DNA of 61,663 nt, counting the filler, from Choristocarpus tenellus KU-1152 (Eukaryota; Protista; Phaeophyceae): assembly GCA_964200185.2 (NCBI GenBank). It is 7 parts of 7 records of this genome, joined end to end, with 100 filler letters (N's around TTAATTAATTAA, not from the genome) between each part and the next. Parts side by side here need not be neighbours in the genome. Positions count along the whole stretch, not along the records: positions 1 to 22,086 come from CAXNAD020000302.1; 6 more parts are not named here. One strand, 5' to 3'. Positions 1 through 13,349 of the stretch are shown here, piece by piece (within the stretch, counting starts at the first letter, position 1; each line of letters starts with the position of its first letter). A program made the position numbers and the translations under genes. The notes under the pieces were generated by a model. It saw nothing but the letters and a program-made list of their open reading frames with translations. It ran no database searches and was not told the origin of the DNA.

Positions 1-828
1 GTGATTCTCTTCGCCACCCTTGCCTGAGTGAACCACGCCGCCACAGAATCACACGATCCACAATAGCTCCATATTGTGTGTCATCAACGACAAAGAAGTG
101 TACACGAGACAGTAGAGTTTGCGCATGGATGGATGGAAAGGATTTTGAGTGAGATCAGGTCCTAACTGGGACCTTTCCATCGTCACATATTATATTAATT
201 ATACTAGTGAACCCCTCAATGAACGTGTTGATTATCGTACGTTCCAAAGTGTTATATTAGATTTACCCTTTTCCTTCTGAAATCCTTCAACTATGGGCAT
301 CACCATTTCTATTTGGATTGATTGTTTCTAAGCATAAATCAGTCCATGGACATGATGAGGCAATAAGAGGACAAAATGATTGACATACGAAGAGGTTGGG
401 TACTATATAAGAGAGGGTAATTGGAAGCGAAAAAAAACTCTCTTTAATCCCGATCCTCTCTTATTGTATATAAGAGATTTTTCTCTTAAATCGAAGAAAT
501 CGTGATAAGAAAAACTTACGTTATATTGAGCAACACTGGTCATACGCACTTCATACTGTCCCCGAACAACGACAGAGCGATGCCCTTGCTGTATGTGCTT
601 CCCATGTGCCTTATAGAGTAGTTACATGTAGATATGTATTGAACATTGCCCTCGGTGAGCCCATTTCGATGAAGCTGTGGTGGTGCAGCAAGCACCACAT
701 CTACACCATCCCTGCCCAACGTATTCAATTGCATTCTACAAGGATATTATATAGTATTAAAAACGCCACCGTGGATCAAATGCAGTACCACCACCACGCA
801 CCCCCCATCGCACACAGAGTAAAACAAC

Positions 829-1480
829 TTATTCGTTAATAAAAAAATCGCGTCTGCCAAAAAAATCGCGGATATCCGCTTGTTTGATTGCCCTTGCCCC
901 GATTGCGCTGAGCCAAGCCAGCTTTGCTTTCTTGAGATAGTACGAAACATTGTTCATGCTGCACTCTTCGGCGGTTGTTTCTAAGCTTGCAAACTCGTCA
1001 GCTACTTGAGAGTACGGCGGTGGAGTAATCGAGAACACTGAAGAGGCTGCTCCTTTCCTCACGGCCCCCAATGCGTTGCCTCCTCCCATAAACCCATTGT
1101 CATCCTCATCACCCGAGCTTTCATTGCCTGACTGATACAAGGATTCCTCAAGCAGCTGGTCTTTCATGTCCTCTAGAAATGCATTGGTCACTTTATCGTT
1201 GTCTTCCACACTGATCCACGCTCTCACTGCGTCAATGGAAGCCTGAGACGGTTTTCCACTAGGTTTGAGGTACAGAGCGTCAAGAGCATCAGAGAGATCC
1301 TTATCAACATGGCTGCTCCTTGTTCCGACATTCAAGCGCTGCATGATGTGTATCAGCACATCGATGTCCTCAACAGAGTTGTCAGTGCTGGAGCTGAACT
1401 TGTTCAAGGTAGAAGTAGTTTTGCCAAACTTTGAGGTCAGCTCTGCTTGGACAGGGGCAGGGAGGATGTTGACCTTTCTT
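829..1480 (-). mobile_element. pogo/Tigger-like transposase C-terminal remnant
   Basis: The ORF ends in KQADIRDFF, a PIP-box-like KQxxIxDFF motif typical of pogo/Tigger C-termini. It has KVNILP upstream (resembles CWxKxxILP after DDE_1) and an acidic linker. No DDE core is visible. Confidence 0.5.
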
Positions 1481-1930
1481 GTTATTGTAGCGCTTGGACG
1501 CCGTGTTGTCACCTGCTGGAGGACTCGAAGCCTTGCGCTTGGTGGGACTCGCGCAAAATATGCACACGAATTGTATTTCGTTGGCACCAAAAAGGATCCA
1601 CGATGCCGCAAATGCCGTGAAGATAAACGCTACAAACGTGACACTTATGCCATGTAAACTGTGGCGGACCAGGAGTATTGCCCTGTATGTTGCAGCTGGA
1701 TCCCGCTGTGCAGGGCATCGTTATATCTGTACAATACAGTTGTCTAAACTTGATTTTATATTCTGTATGTACTGTACTGTGTAGTATTGAGAGAGAAAAG
1801 ACTGCTATGTTGTATACTGCTAATGGTCTCGATCAGTTTGTTTTACTCACGAATTCTGGATCATTATTCTTTTATTCATGTTTGCTTTCCTCCCTATTCC
1901 CTTTTCTCTCCACATTCTAACAACCCTTGT

Positions 1931-2135
1931 GACCAACCAGTGCGACCTCTTCGCCACTGATTTCCAGCCACCATCTACCTCTGATGACCAACCGGTGCAA
2001 ACCCCCTTTGCCACTGATTTCCAGTCACCCCCCACATCTGATGACCAACCAGGGCGAACCTCCTTCCCCACTGATTTCCAGTCATCCCCCACATCTGATG
2101 ACCAACCAGTGCAACCCCTTTTGCCACTGATTTCC
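1931..2135. repeat. Tandem repeat, ~57-bp unit x ~3.6
   Basis: GACCAACC recurs at 1931, 1986, 2043 and 2100 (periods 55, 57, 57). The unit is approximately TGATGACCAACCRGTGCAAACCCCCTTTGCCACTGATTTCCAGTCACCCCCCACATC. Confidence 0.9.
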
Positions 2136-3881
2136 GGTCTCTACGACCCCTTTTAACCCTATTCAACCCCACTCAACCCCCCACGGTTACCACTCCACTC
2201 CACCCCACGCCAATTACCACTCCAGTCAACCCCACCCCACTTACCACTCCATCACACCATTGAACATCACTCAACCCCACATCACTCAACACCACTCCAC
2301 AATCACCCAAGAACCCCCCTTCATCATCCCCTTCATACCAAGCCTTTGAGCTAGAGGACATCTACCCCACCCAAACTTAACCTCCCCTTCCACCCTAAGA
2401 TCCAAATCGTTTGTGAGCAAGCGACAGGGCGGGTGGGCGAGAAAGCTTGCTCAGGGGTCCTCTTGATCTAGCCCTACTTGTCTTGCCACCCCAGCCTCAG
2501 GTTTCCTCTTCCATTCAATACTGTCCATTCCTTCTCCACTCGTTCCTCCGCCTGCCACCTATTTTCTTAACCACTCTCTTCCCTCTCTCAACCACTCATT
2601 ACTTAACTCTTCGTTCCCTCCTTGATAAATTTTTATTTCTTTCTGTCCCCTTCCTTCCCCTATGCCCCCAACCAACCAGAATTCTTCCGCCCACAAAACT
2701 CAGACTACTTCATAAACTTTCACTTGTGTACGTTACTTTGTTATATTTTGGTTAAGTTTAGGCTTGCTTTTTGAGAAACCTGTTGGTCAAGAAAATAGTG
2801 AAAAAAAATGCAAGTTTGCTCGACATAAGAGAGAATTGAAAGGAAAACGCAAAAACCTCTCTTATATACTGAAAAGTCATGACAGGGACATGTACCCTCT
2901 CTTATTCCCCGTTTTCTCTTATATCGATCTCTCTTATACACAAGTTCTGCCTCATGTCCTCGAATAAAGTAACACAAAATACAACTCATGCTAAAACCCA
3001 CAGAATACTGTATCACCTTAGACTGCACGCTTATTGACTTTAAGGCTAATAGGACAAAACAATATTTTACTCAATAATGCATCATAAACACAAATAATAT
3101 GTAACAAGGTCACCTTGTAATATTAGTATTATGAAGACGATCTAGCAATAACGGAAGAGTCCATGAGTTTGTCGAGCCCCACCTTGCGCACCGACCCTGT
3201 GTCTCTGGGTTGGAATGCATGATGACACACATTGAAATCACCACAGATTGTGCAGTGACAGACACAATCTGTCGTAGGTGTGTCTTCACAACTCCCATCC
3301 CCTACAAAATCAACCACCAGCTCCCTACTACCCACTACATTAGTCACCAGTTCATCTCCAGTACTTGCTCTGCTTGTGTACCAAGACACAAATATTTCTT
3401 CCATGAAGGTGTTGAGGTTAGAACTACCAGGGTCAACAATCCCTCGTACTCTTTGCAATTCTGTGGCTCACCTGCAGCAGTAGTGATCCTGTTGTTGACT
3501 GACGGGTCTTACCAATGACTCTCTGCTTGGACCTCTGCGACGGCCTCGTCTAAGAGTAGACCCTTTCCCTGTTATAGGGGGCAGTAGCTGCGTTAGACAA
3601 CACCCCAGTATGGATTACCGCATCCATACCGAAATTCCGATCAACAGTGAAGGAACTATCCTCAAGGGTGCAAGGGATGCCCATCCACCTGCAGGCACCA
3701 CATAGTTGACTGACCATAGGCATGGACTGACACACTTGCCCTCCAAATCCAGGACGTGTGAGTGCATGCCTGGTATCTAGATCCCATTTTCCGCGTCCAG
3801 CTATCGACCAGCAGTTCAAAAGAGCCCCCTCTACCCCCAATGAGCGGTTCACTGTGAGGCAGTATTCTGGGGATGGGATCC

Positions 3882-4141
3882 GAGCCAGAGTATCTTAGAG
3901 GGTAGAGCCGCGTCCATATAGGGGACAAAATCCAATGTTGCGATTTTGATATAATTTTGGCTATCATGTTTGTTAGAAGATGTCAATATCCTTGTTCCGG
4001 ACGCACCTTTTCATAACGTACACATTTTACCTACTCCTCAACATTTTGGAGTAGGAAAATGTCGTACAAATACTCTATGGGAAGCCAAGCCCCAAATGGA
4101 CAAACATGGAAAAACTCGTACCCTCTAAGATACTTTCAGTC
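3882..4141 (+). mobile_element. MITE family A (~260 bp), 4-bp TSD ATCC
   Basis: TIRs GAGCCAGAGTATCTTAGAGGGTA ... TACCCTCTAAGATACTTTCAGTC. ATCC lies on both sides (3878-3881 and 4142-4145). The body matches other copies in the window. Confidence 0.9.
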
Positions 4142-5314
4142 ATCCCCCTTACAGTTTCGAGGGGTTGAATGGTTACCTACACATTGGTCCCTTGTTCGCA
4201 CTGGTTCCTGTGATATGCGAAAGCAATACCCAAAGATTCCCTTCAATTACTACTATCTATAGGGAGGTTTGCCAGTGGGCGTGGAACTCATTGAAAATGA
4301 TTCGGTTGAGGAGATGGGTAATTTCATGCCAAGTCCATCTTGGTGTCTCTCCTGCGCAATGCGCTGCCAGGCTGTGGGCTTCTGAGTGTTGCGCTGATGG
4401 GCATATTCGATCCTAATCTATCCAGCATTGACCTATGATCGGGGTGAGGTCCTTGCCCGGGACTCTGTAGATAGGGTTGTGTGAATTGATGCAGAGCCAA
4501 ACTAAACGACAGATGCGCAAGGTTGCATTTCAAGATGCTGGCAAATGTGGAAAATTCGACTTCTTGTACAAAAATGCACATTGGGAATTTTCTTAATTCT
4601 GTACAAAATGTTCAACTGTAAAGACAACCAAAACTCCCTAGTCAACATAATCACTTCATCCTTAGAAGCAAGGGAATATTGCAACAGATGAAAAAGTGTC
4701 TTTAAATAAAAAACAGACAAAACCTGGGTACCTCTCGTTTACTTTCGCTGACTACCAGAGGCTGTACAGATGGTCACACCAGAAGGCTACTCAGAACCCT
4801 TTGCTGTCTTGCCAAGAGAGTGGAGAGGGTGGGTGCCAACGACCCTACAAACCATGCATGTTGGCAGCGGATCATGGAGGATATGGCTTAACATCCTGTG
4901 CAAGTTGGTATTTGACCTTCAACGTTCCCCTCCTCTAGAAAGTGGGATTGATAGGGCACTACAGGGGCTGCTGTCGCCTAGAGAGTATATGCCACTATTC
5001 CCCAACCCTCCACCCTTGCTATACTTATTGTCCTGTCTACTGCTGTTTTCTCCTCTCCAATATAGCCCCATCTGGTGATAAGTCACACTTAGGGTTAGGG
5101 TTAGGTTTACACAGGGACCTTGCTACTCCTCCAAGTTACTGAAGCACTCCAGGCAATGCCGAATGAGAGGCCTATATCGTTAATTTTACAGTTGAGCTCC
5201 TAAACCTTGGTATCCAGGAGAACTTGACCATCCTCCACGGTTTTTATGAGATTGTGTTGGTTGTGTGAGACCAGGAAGTTATACCACAGGTCTGGAAAAG
5301 ATGTGGTCATCACC

Positions 5315-5517
5315 AAGCAGCAGTCAATAATGAAATGTTCCTTTGACAAGTGGGAAGTACATAAAGGGTTGTTCCAGTTCAAGGCAATGCAACCTTCTCC
5401 TCGTGAAACTCTGGATGATACCCAGCACTATCAAATTTCGCCCACAATATTATCGTCCATTTCTTGGATCAGTTCTAGACAAGCTGTATATAGTGTGTCT
5501 AGTAGTGAAAGGCGCTG
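5315..5517. repeat. 203-bp dispersed repeat, inverted copy of 15929-16131
   Basis: By-eye alignment to the reverse complement of 15929-16131 shows about 7 substitutions, all transitions. Confidence 0.9.
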
Positions 5518-5693
5518 AGGAAGAAGTAGGAATGCACAGATTTTGGCAACTACACTGGCATTTCGTTGGTGTTACATACTGTTGAAGTCCTCCTTAAACT
5601 TGTTGGAACGTGGTTGGAGGATTATGTGGAATGGGAGAACATCCTTCGTAAGGAACAGTGCTCTTTTCGACCTGACCCTCCACAGTGTGCATG

Positions 5694-5949
5694 GAGTGAA
5701 AGTATCTTAGAGAGTACGACTTTTGCCCTGTTCGTCCATTTGGTACTTGACTTCCCTTGGGGTTTTTGCGACATTTTCTACTCCAAAATATTTCGGAATA
5801 GGTAAAATGTACATATTTTGAGGAAGTGGGTCTGGAAGAAGGATATTGACACTTCGTAACAAACACAACAGTCAAAATTACATCAGAGTCGCAACTTGGG
5901 TTTTGATCCCCAAATGGACGCGGGTCTACCCTCTAAGATACTTTGACTC
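5694..5949 (-). mobile_element. MITE family A, reverse orientation, TSD CATG
   Basis: GAGTGAAAGTATCTTAGAG ... CCCTCTAAGATACTTTGACTC, with CATG at 5690-5693 and 5950-5953. Inserted in the LINE RT. Confidence 0.9.
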
Positions 5950-8900
5950 CATGATGTACCTTGTACGTGCCCTCAAAGAGCTTGGCTGGGGAAAGCATGC
6001 ACGGCTTTAGTGGAGTTTATTTTATGCTGATGATGCAGGCATTGTACCCTGGACCCAAGGAGTATTGGCCAGGATTATAACAGTGCTGGTGAAGGTGGTC
6101 AGATCATTCAGTCTGACCGTATCGGCAATAAAATAGAGATAGTACCTCTTCGCCCTTCAAATCAGGAAGCAGAAACCATGCAGATTCAGTCACTGTACCA
6201 GACATATAAACAGATTGATACGTTCGTTTGTTTTTGGGGAACCATCAGGGAACATCCCACTACTGATCATGCAGAAGATTCAGAAAGCTTGAAGTTGTTT
6301 TCACAACTACAGCCAAGTTCATTTTGTCAGGATTCCAGGTGTCTCACTTGAGCTTAAGAGTCGAATACTCAAAACTGAAGCACTTGAAGTTCTGATATGG
6401 TTATATAGAGTGGCTATTCCACCAGACTCACTACCTGAAGCTCCGCTCCCATCACCACAAATTCCTCCGCCACATAGGTGTCCGTAAACGGGAATGCACC
6501 GATCATGTCCTATCTTATAAATATGCTCTTACCAAGTCACCAACAACACCACCATCACCAGTGAATGTTGCTTTCTTTGTGGGCTTATTCTTTTGCAACC
6601 TCTCCTCATTTTCTTTCTCCTCTACCCCTCATGGTTTTTGGATGGCGTTTTTCCTCCAATACGTTCTATTCTTCCGTTTCATTTGTTTTTTTTCTTTCAT
6701 TTTTCTTTTCCTTGTTTTTTCTCAAGGTGGACCACAGGATCACTAAGTTAAGGTGTAGAGCAGTAGTACTTCAGTCTTTTTTAAGGCGCTATTTGTGGTA
6801 GATACAACAGTCATCTAGTAGATACAAAAACATCATAATCTTCTATGTATATATTACTTCGAAGTATATACTGTACTCAGTATCATGGGGATGATGCAAC
6901 CAAAGCTTACAGACTTAATAAATGCACATCAATAGCTCTATCGCTGCTGCATTTTTGTGTAGTACTACATACTCCACAAATTCGTAACATAATATTGACC
7001 ATATCTCCGGAGTTTGTGCCAACACTGACCACTGACTACTTGAAATCAGGACTAGTATACACATAGTCCAGTCAAACACAGACAATAATATATCTCCTAA
7101 GAACTTTCAGCACGGCAGTTTTGTGTTGTCTTGAACTCCAAGATCATCGAGTGTAAATTTTGCGAGCGACAAAGGCAGAAAATTGCACCTTCCAGGTGTG
7201 ACATGGACGAGAAAAAATTCAAAGGATGTCACCACCATGGAGTCCAGAACCAAACAACCATAAAAAATAGTGCAAGGAATTAATACGGAAGGGTATGCAA
7301 GGTAAAGCATGTGCACACTGCTATTTCTTTTACACCGTTTTTGTGGCTCCTCTTGTTGCTATTTTCAATCTTGGTGCCATGCTCTCCTCCTGTATTAACT
7401 TGACTTTGGAATGGTGGTATCCATCCACAAGAACATTACACTATGCATTGTCATCTGCAATACGTAATGCATTACGACAAAGTAATCGTCTGTGACGTCA
7501 CTTGAATAATTTGTTAGTGCCAGCCCTCGGCCCCCAAAGTACAATAGGAGTTTAGGCTTTTGGACTATTTTCATCATTTGCGTCACATTTCCGTACCATT
7601 GCAACTATTTTCTTCATACTCACTCCCTAAATTTATTGCCCAGGGTTGTTTCAAATGTACAGGTCGGCTTTACATAATCAAATACTAACATTGGCGAAGC
7701 ACCACATGTCAAGACACCTTCAACTGATCCATCCCATGTTCTACAGAGGTCCTCTATAATAATCCTCCACAGAATGCAGTGTGGGAGTCAATGCACCACT
7801 GACACTAGTTCTCCAGAGTACGGCACCGCGTTATTTGTCCGTCACCCTGGCCCATATATACGCTGAACCATCTTTCACATAGTATGCGCTCGATTTGATG
7901 TTCACACATAGAGTTGATTATGTTGAACGATCTATTTTGACTTCTTTTATGTATGCTTTGGCGATAAAACGATGTGTTGTCCTACTACAAAAGACGTGGG
8001 ATAAAAGGGTCAACTTTTGATGTGAACTTTCCAATCCCCAACCATTTTTTTTTATGACTGTGAAGAAAGGATGGCATTAAGTGCGCCAAGAGATAAGGCT
8101 CGCACAAATCAAAAGGTTCGAGATGTGGGACTACTTCAACAAATCTTTCTTTTTGGTTCAGTTTTTCTTAGTTTGCACCATTCCCCCCCTTCTTCAATGA
8201 CGGTGATGGAAATCTCTTTTCCACCACCGACACTCCTTTTTAATCTTTTGTCAGGAACAATTCACTACGGTCACGCCTTTTCATTCGATGTGGTGGTGTC
8301 CAGTCTCTTATCTGACCCAATGATAATATTTGAGGTAGTGATATCATTACGATCTCTCAATATGTATTCTATGTTCTGTACCTTGTTAACCATCACAAAT
8401 CATAGTCAAAACGCATCTCACCCCCGTACAACTTGCGCTGCAAGGGACCGAACATCGTTAGTCCTCATCATTGCTTCACTATTCCTTTGCCTGTTTGTGG
8501 CAATAAATATGGTTGTGCATCACAATTATGTGAGGTTCGGCCTCTAAATTCCACAACCTACAGTGAATTGTTGTGTATCATGTGCCTAGCCCCATAATAG
8601 TTGAGGGTAACTAGCCGCCAGCAATTGCTGTAGAATTCAGGGCAGGCAGGGTCTCGAAGTCATGACTGAAAAACTCATACTATAAGGGAGGGACTTCCTC
8701 TTTCTTCTGTTTTGAAAACCTCTGGACAAAACATCCTTTTTTCTATGTATGTAACACTGTTTTTGTTGATGTCATCCATTATGGGAGTTCTTAGAGTATT
8801 TGAGGCGAAATGATTGATTATGACGCACTCGAAAAGTATTGAAGGATGTGAGGCTAGCAGTATCAACATAGCATTGGCGCAACAGGACCAGCACTAAAAA

Positions 8901-9201
8901 CGCAGGTCCAAGCGTCTATTCACCAACTAGAGTGATGGCCATGAAGTCGGAAAATGCTCCAGTGAGGTGTGTGTTCTTTTTTTGTTGTCGAGGACAGTGT
9001 ACTCTCCTCCTTCCGTTTCTCCTCATGTTCAACGTGATCGTAGGAGGGGCATCTGTTGAGGGCATGTCCCTTATCTTACAGTTGATAATAGATAAAGCGC
9101 AAGAGATAACCGCAATGGAGCTAATTCTGGCGAGCTTCCAACGTGTGAACGTTTGTGCCTTACTTGATACAACACCGTCGAGCTGATTTCATTTTCCACA
9201 T

Positions 9202-12200
9202 ATGTTGGGCATTGTCATGCACAGGGTCGTCGCTGCTTTGGCAGTGACTGCAACGATTGCTCAGGCTTTCGGAGGTCGTTCTATGGTAATATCTAAAGGA
9301 GCATGCCAACCTCGGACGCTGTGGGGCGTAGGGCTGTGTTCACGACCGCGGGTGTCTCCATGCACACGGTTGGCCACACTCGAGAACGTAGTGCAGGAAC
9401 CTGCGGTTGAGGAGGGGGAAGATGTAAATGTGGAAGAAGATTTCCAGGAAAATATGTTTGAAAGCCCGATGATGGTTGAGACGCGTTTCGATAGGATTAA
9501 GCGAAACTGGAAGGGTCTTGATTCTCTAGTGGATGTTTCTGAGGTGGAAGAGAGCTACGGTGACTTCGACGACCTCCTTGGGGACGAAAAGGTAACTAAG
9601 TGTGTTCCTTGAGAGATCGTATATGTATTGATGGCCATGTAGCTGTAGGAAACATGTCCGCCTTCTTGTCCGCAGCAAGTCGACCTTCTGCCGCGAGTTT
9701 GCTCAATATAGGGGGAGCCAAACTGCTCTGAACTACTCCAAAATGTAGTCATCTAGAGAACAATAGGTGGGAATCGGTAGTGCTGTGCCCTTACCTATTA
9801 CTGTCTTCTCATTAAAGAGTAGATGAGAAGCTCATGTGGGATAATGAACGTACTCTTCCTGACAGGGCATGCCTATATTGTGGATGTTACGCATGCTGCA
9901 CTAAAAACATGCACCACTTGCTTGTAGGACTCTGCCACGATATCTTTGCGGTGTCTGGTGCATTTATCTACCATCATACCCTTTTCAACAATTCCCATTT
10001 CATCCCCACAGGTAAACTTTGAGCGAGGGGAGACTGTAGTGGGTACTGTTGTGCAGTTTGAGCACGAGGGTGCTCTTATCGACATTGGGGCAAAATCAAC
10101 CGCGTACATGCCTCTCCGAGAGGTAAGTGGCAGTCTTGGACGTCAATGCGGCACAATACCATCAATTTCTTACATGTTAATTTCTGTGGTGTGGTGGTGT
10201 CACTCAATTGTAATACTGTGGTATCTTCTATCTGCCCTTACCTGCATCCTCTATATGCCTCCATAGAAAAAGAGGAGAATTGTTCAAGTGTTTGTTAACT
10301 CCCCACTACAAATTTTGCACAATACGTTCTGTAACATCGATTTTGTTCTGTTTGTCTAGGTGAGCCTCACAGAAGTTGACCGGGCAGAAGATGTGTTGAA
10401 GCTGGATGAAGAAATGGAAGTGATGGTGATCTCTGATGAGAACGAAATGGGGCAGGTAAGCCTAAAATTTTGCATGAGCTTTCTTACAGGCAGTGTGGTG
10501 AAACAAATACCTTCTTGCAGTGTGGTTATTAGGATCTTGTGCCTCTACCTCAAGTGCTCTGTGATGTCTCCCACAGGTGTTGGTCTCCATCCGGAGGATA
10601 GAGTTTCAGGAAGCTTGGGAAAGGGTGCAAGCCATGCAGGCTAATGATGCAGTCTTTGAAGGGCCCATTATATCTGTTAACCGTGGTGGTGCCATTGTGA
10701 TTGTGGAGGTGAGACTTGAGGGAAGGGAACAATCCACTCCTGAAAATATGTGTGTTCTGAGCGATGGTTGTGCATGCATAGGCAGACTGCTGCGGTTGTA
10801 TGAAGGGATTGTATTTCATTAGAAATTTACTCAATTTCCCAACATTGTAGATACGTTTTTTGCTGATTCATAGTGTCAACTTGGTCTTCTTTCCTCTCAA
10901 AAGAATGTCCTTAGCATTTGCTGTACTGTTGACTTAAATGACCTTAATTTGACCCTTTACATCCTCAATAATGCCAGGGGTTGAGAGCCTTCCTACCTGG
11001 ATCTCACATGAGTGGTGGACTCCCCACGGATGAACAGGTTGGGGAAATCCATGCCTTCAAGTTCCTTGAGGTAAGCTTTTCACACAAAAAATATCATGAT
11101 AGCACAGGCAGGGATTGGACAGCACTTGACAACAGTAAAAAGGCCACCCTCATATGCAGTTTGTAATCAATTAGATGTGACTGGAATTGTGATCTGTATG
11201 GAGTCAATTCAACTTGATCTGCAAGAGTTCTACTCATTGCAAAAATATTAAACATGAATATAATTCCTTTTGAAGGGAGGTTTCATCGTTTGTATGGTGG
11301 TGTAAGTCAATGGTGAGAGGTGCATTGTTCTTTGTGTATAGATAGCTTAATGTTTATGACAAGATTTGCTACATCTGAAGGTAGTTCATGGCCTCGTGAT
11401 GCATACTAACATGTCGATACTGAAAGGTGAACAAGAATCGCATGTAAGATGGTGAACAGATTTAACCTTTTGTCGCTACAATTAAATTACAAGAATGTGT
11501 CGATTGTTGTAAGACAGAAGCAGCAAACTCAATGAAATCGAGAATTTACTTGGCTTCAAGTACAGGGCAGATTTAGAGGCCTGACAACATCCAAAAACTG
11601 AATCTTGAGAATTTTTTACCCTATCACATTAAGACACATTTAAATCACGGCTCTAGATGTCACTTGATGGCTTTTGGTTGTTGGTTAGAATGAGGTGGTG
11701 TATTTTGTTGATATTTCTGAACCTCTGATACTATATATTTTGTCTGTGCAGGTCAACCCAGAGACAAGCAAGCTTGTTGTGTCAAACCGCCGTGCTGTGT
11801 TGGAGCAGGAAATGAAGGAACTATCTCGTGGGGATGTGGTGGAGGGGTAAGGACATGCATCTCTTTGTTTGATGTCTTCTATCTTAGACCCTCTAGTCCT
11901 AGGCAAGGATGAACTGTGTAGAATTGATGTAATAAAGAATAGTGTGGTACTCACCGACTATCTCAATGCCAACATTTAGTGGTGCATGACCAGCAAGACA
12001 ATAGTTGTATAAAGTTTTGAAGTTTACTGTACATGCAGTACTAACAAGATGATTTAATTGAATGGCTCTGAATGCCCCTGCCCGGCCATCCAAAATTGTA
12101 TTTATTTCCTGTGCTCCAAACAAATCAAGTGTCATCAAGGCGATCAAGCCATATGGTGCCTTTGTTGAGATCCGAGGCATGTCTGGGCTTCTTCACATCT

Positions 12201-13349
12201 CTCAGATCTCGTTTGACAGAATTGAGGACCTGAGCACCATTGTTCATGAGGGCATGGCTATCAAGTGCATGATCATTGACCATGACAAGGTAATGTTGTG
12301 ATGCAATTGAGAAACTTTTCTTGTTTTTTATTTTTTGGTGTTCTGCATGTCTCCTTGTGTTGATGCAATCTGTTTTTTTTGCTTTGCACCTGAACAGGGT
12401 TTTAAGCCCTGTGGTCTCCCCTCATTGGTAAGGTTCATGATCTAAAACTAAACTTTCTGTCAGTGGGTTGTTTATTGCTGGCTGTGTAATACCTACTTAC
12501 TCGATACTTTGAATTTATTTTGAATTCAGGTCAATGGACGTATTGCACTAAGCACCAAGACCTTGGAGCCAGAGCCAGGAGACATGCTGAAGAACCCCCA
12601 GGCTGTGTATGAAAATGCAGAGGTAAAGAATGTACCAGTATTGTGCTGCACTATTCAATGCTCTATTCAGTGTAATGTTCTGCTCAACATGTTTCCTTCT
12701 GTCCACAGATCTGAGCCCTCTTCATGAATGGTGTCTCAACCCCACTGCAGTTGTACCCTCTTTTGTACATTGTTAATTTCTTCCTGTGACAGAAATGTTC
12801 AAAGATTGGATAGTAAGAGTAAGTATAGTTTGCTACTTCTGTTGTAAGATTTTGAGGAGTATGAGCCTGCTGACAAGGTAACTGCAACGGGCATGGCTTG
12901 TACCCTATTTTTTGTGCTGATGGGCTCCAATGTGACAAAATCTCATCTGTGTTTTCTTGATGTCCTCATACAGGCTACAGCCAGGAAGTACCATGAGCGT
13001 ATGGAGGTTGAGCGCAAGGCACGGGAGGAGGCAGCCAAGAGCATTGTAATGGGACTAGGTGATGGACTCCAGTCCTTGGACACAGATGTTCTTGCAGGAA
13101 TTGCGGATGGCATTGAGAATGTACTCAACCCTGGGAGTGGATCAGATGTAAGTGCTTGTGTTTTTTCTTCTGTGAGATGGTTCATATTGGCACTATATAG
13201 AAAAAAATCCACTTTAATGAAGGTTGGCAAGTGTTCTCCCCTGTCCTTGCAATTTTGTTTTGCCGTAGTGTACCCTCAACATGCAACAAGATGTGACAAA
13301 CAATTTTTACCCTCGTTTCTCATGCCCCCTGTCTCTTGCGCAGTACTGA
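9202..13349 (+). CDS. rps1: Nuclear-encoded plastid 30S ribosomal protein S1 (3 S1 domains, bipartite targeting sequence)
   Basis: Phase-consistent GT-AG exons: 9202-9591, 10012-10122, 10360-10455, 10577-10708, 10978-11070, 11752-11846, 12130-12289, 12530-12622, 12974-13147. The last exon is 13344-13349, or alternatively 13362-13373. Motifs [57 protein letters not shown] and [16 protein letters not shown] are cyanobacterial/plastid S1. The signal peptide ends AQA-F (ASAF-type). Confidence 0.93.

Larger units (their letters stand above)
5140..6560 (+). mobile_element. Degenerate non-LTR (RTE-like LINE) reverse transcriptase remnant with nested insertions
   Basis: Frameshifted translation gives ALQAMPN..., KDVVI, GNYTGISLV...VLLKLV, EQCSFRP and FYADDAGIV (~6021-6046), then YKQIDTFV. 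A (CAC/CAA)n tail follows at ~6538-6560. Interrupted by a 203-bp insert (5315-5517) and a MITE (5694-5949). Confidence 0.8.

Noticed and set aside
1931-2135. Regularly spaced repeats as a CRISPR array
   Set aside because: The whole unit repeats with no unique spacers, the context is eukaryotic, and there are no cas genes. The same applies to 29350-29585 and 51680-53002.
3129-3458. CGDFN as a LINE APE endonuclease
   Set aside because: A single short motif, on the opposite strand to the nearby RT, with no other APE motifs seen.
5089-5105. TTAGGG x ~3 telomere-like tract
   Set aside because: Too short, and lies within decayed repeat sequence.
7300-7620. Minus-strand IVLWG...VLVDGYHHSK as a Fanzor/TnpB RuvC relic
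   Set aside because: Multiple stops, the catalytic E is absent and no Zn finger follows; not distinguishable from chance by eye.
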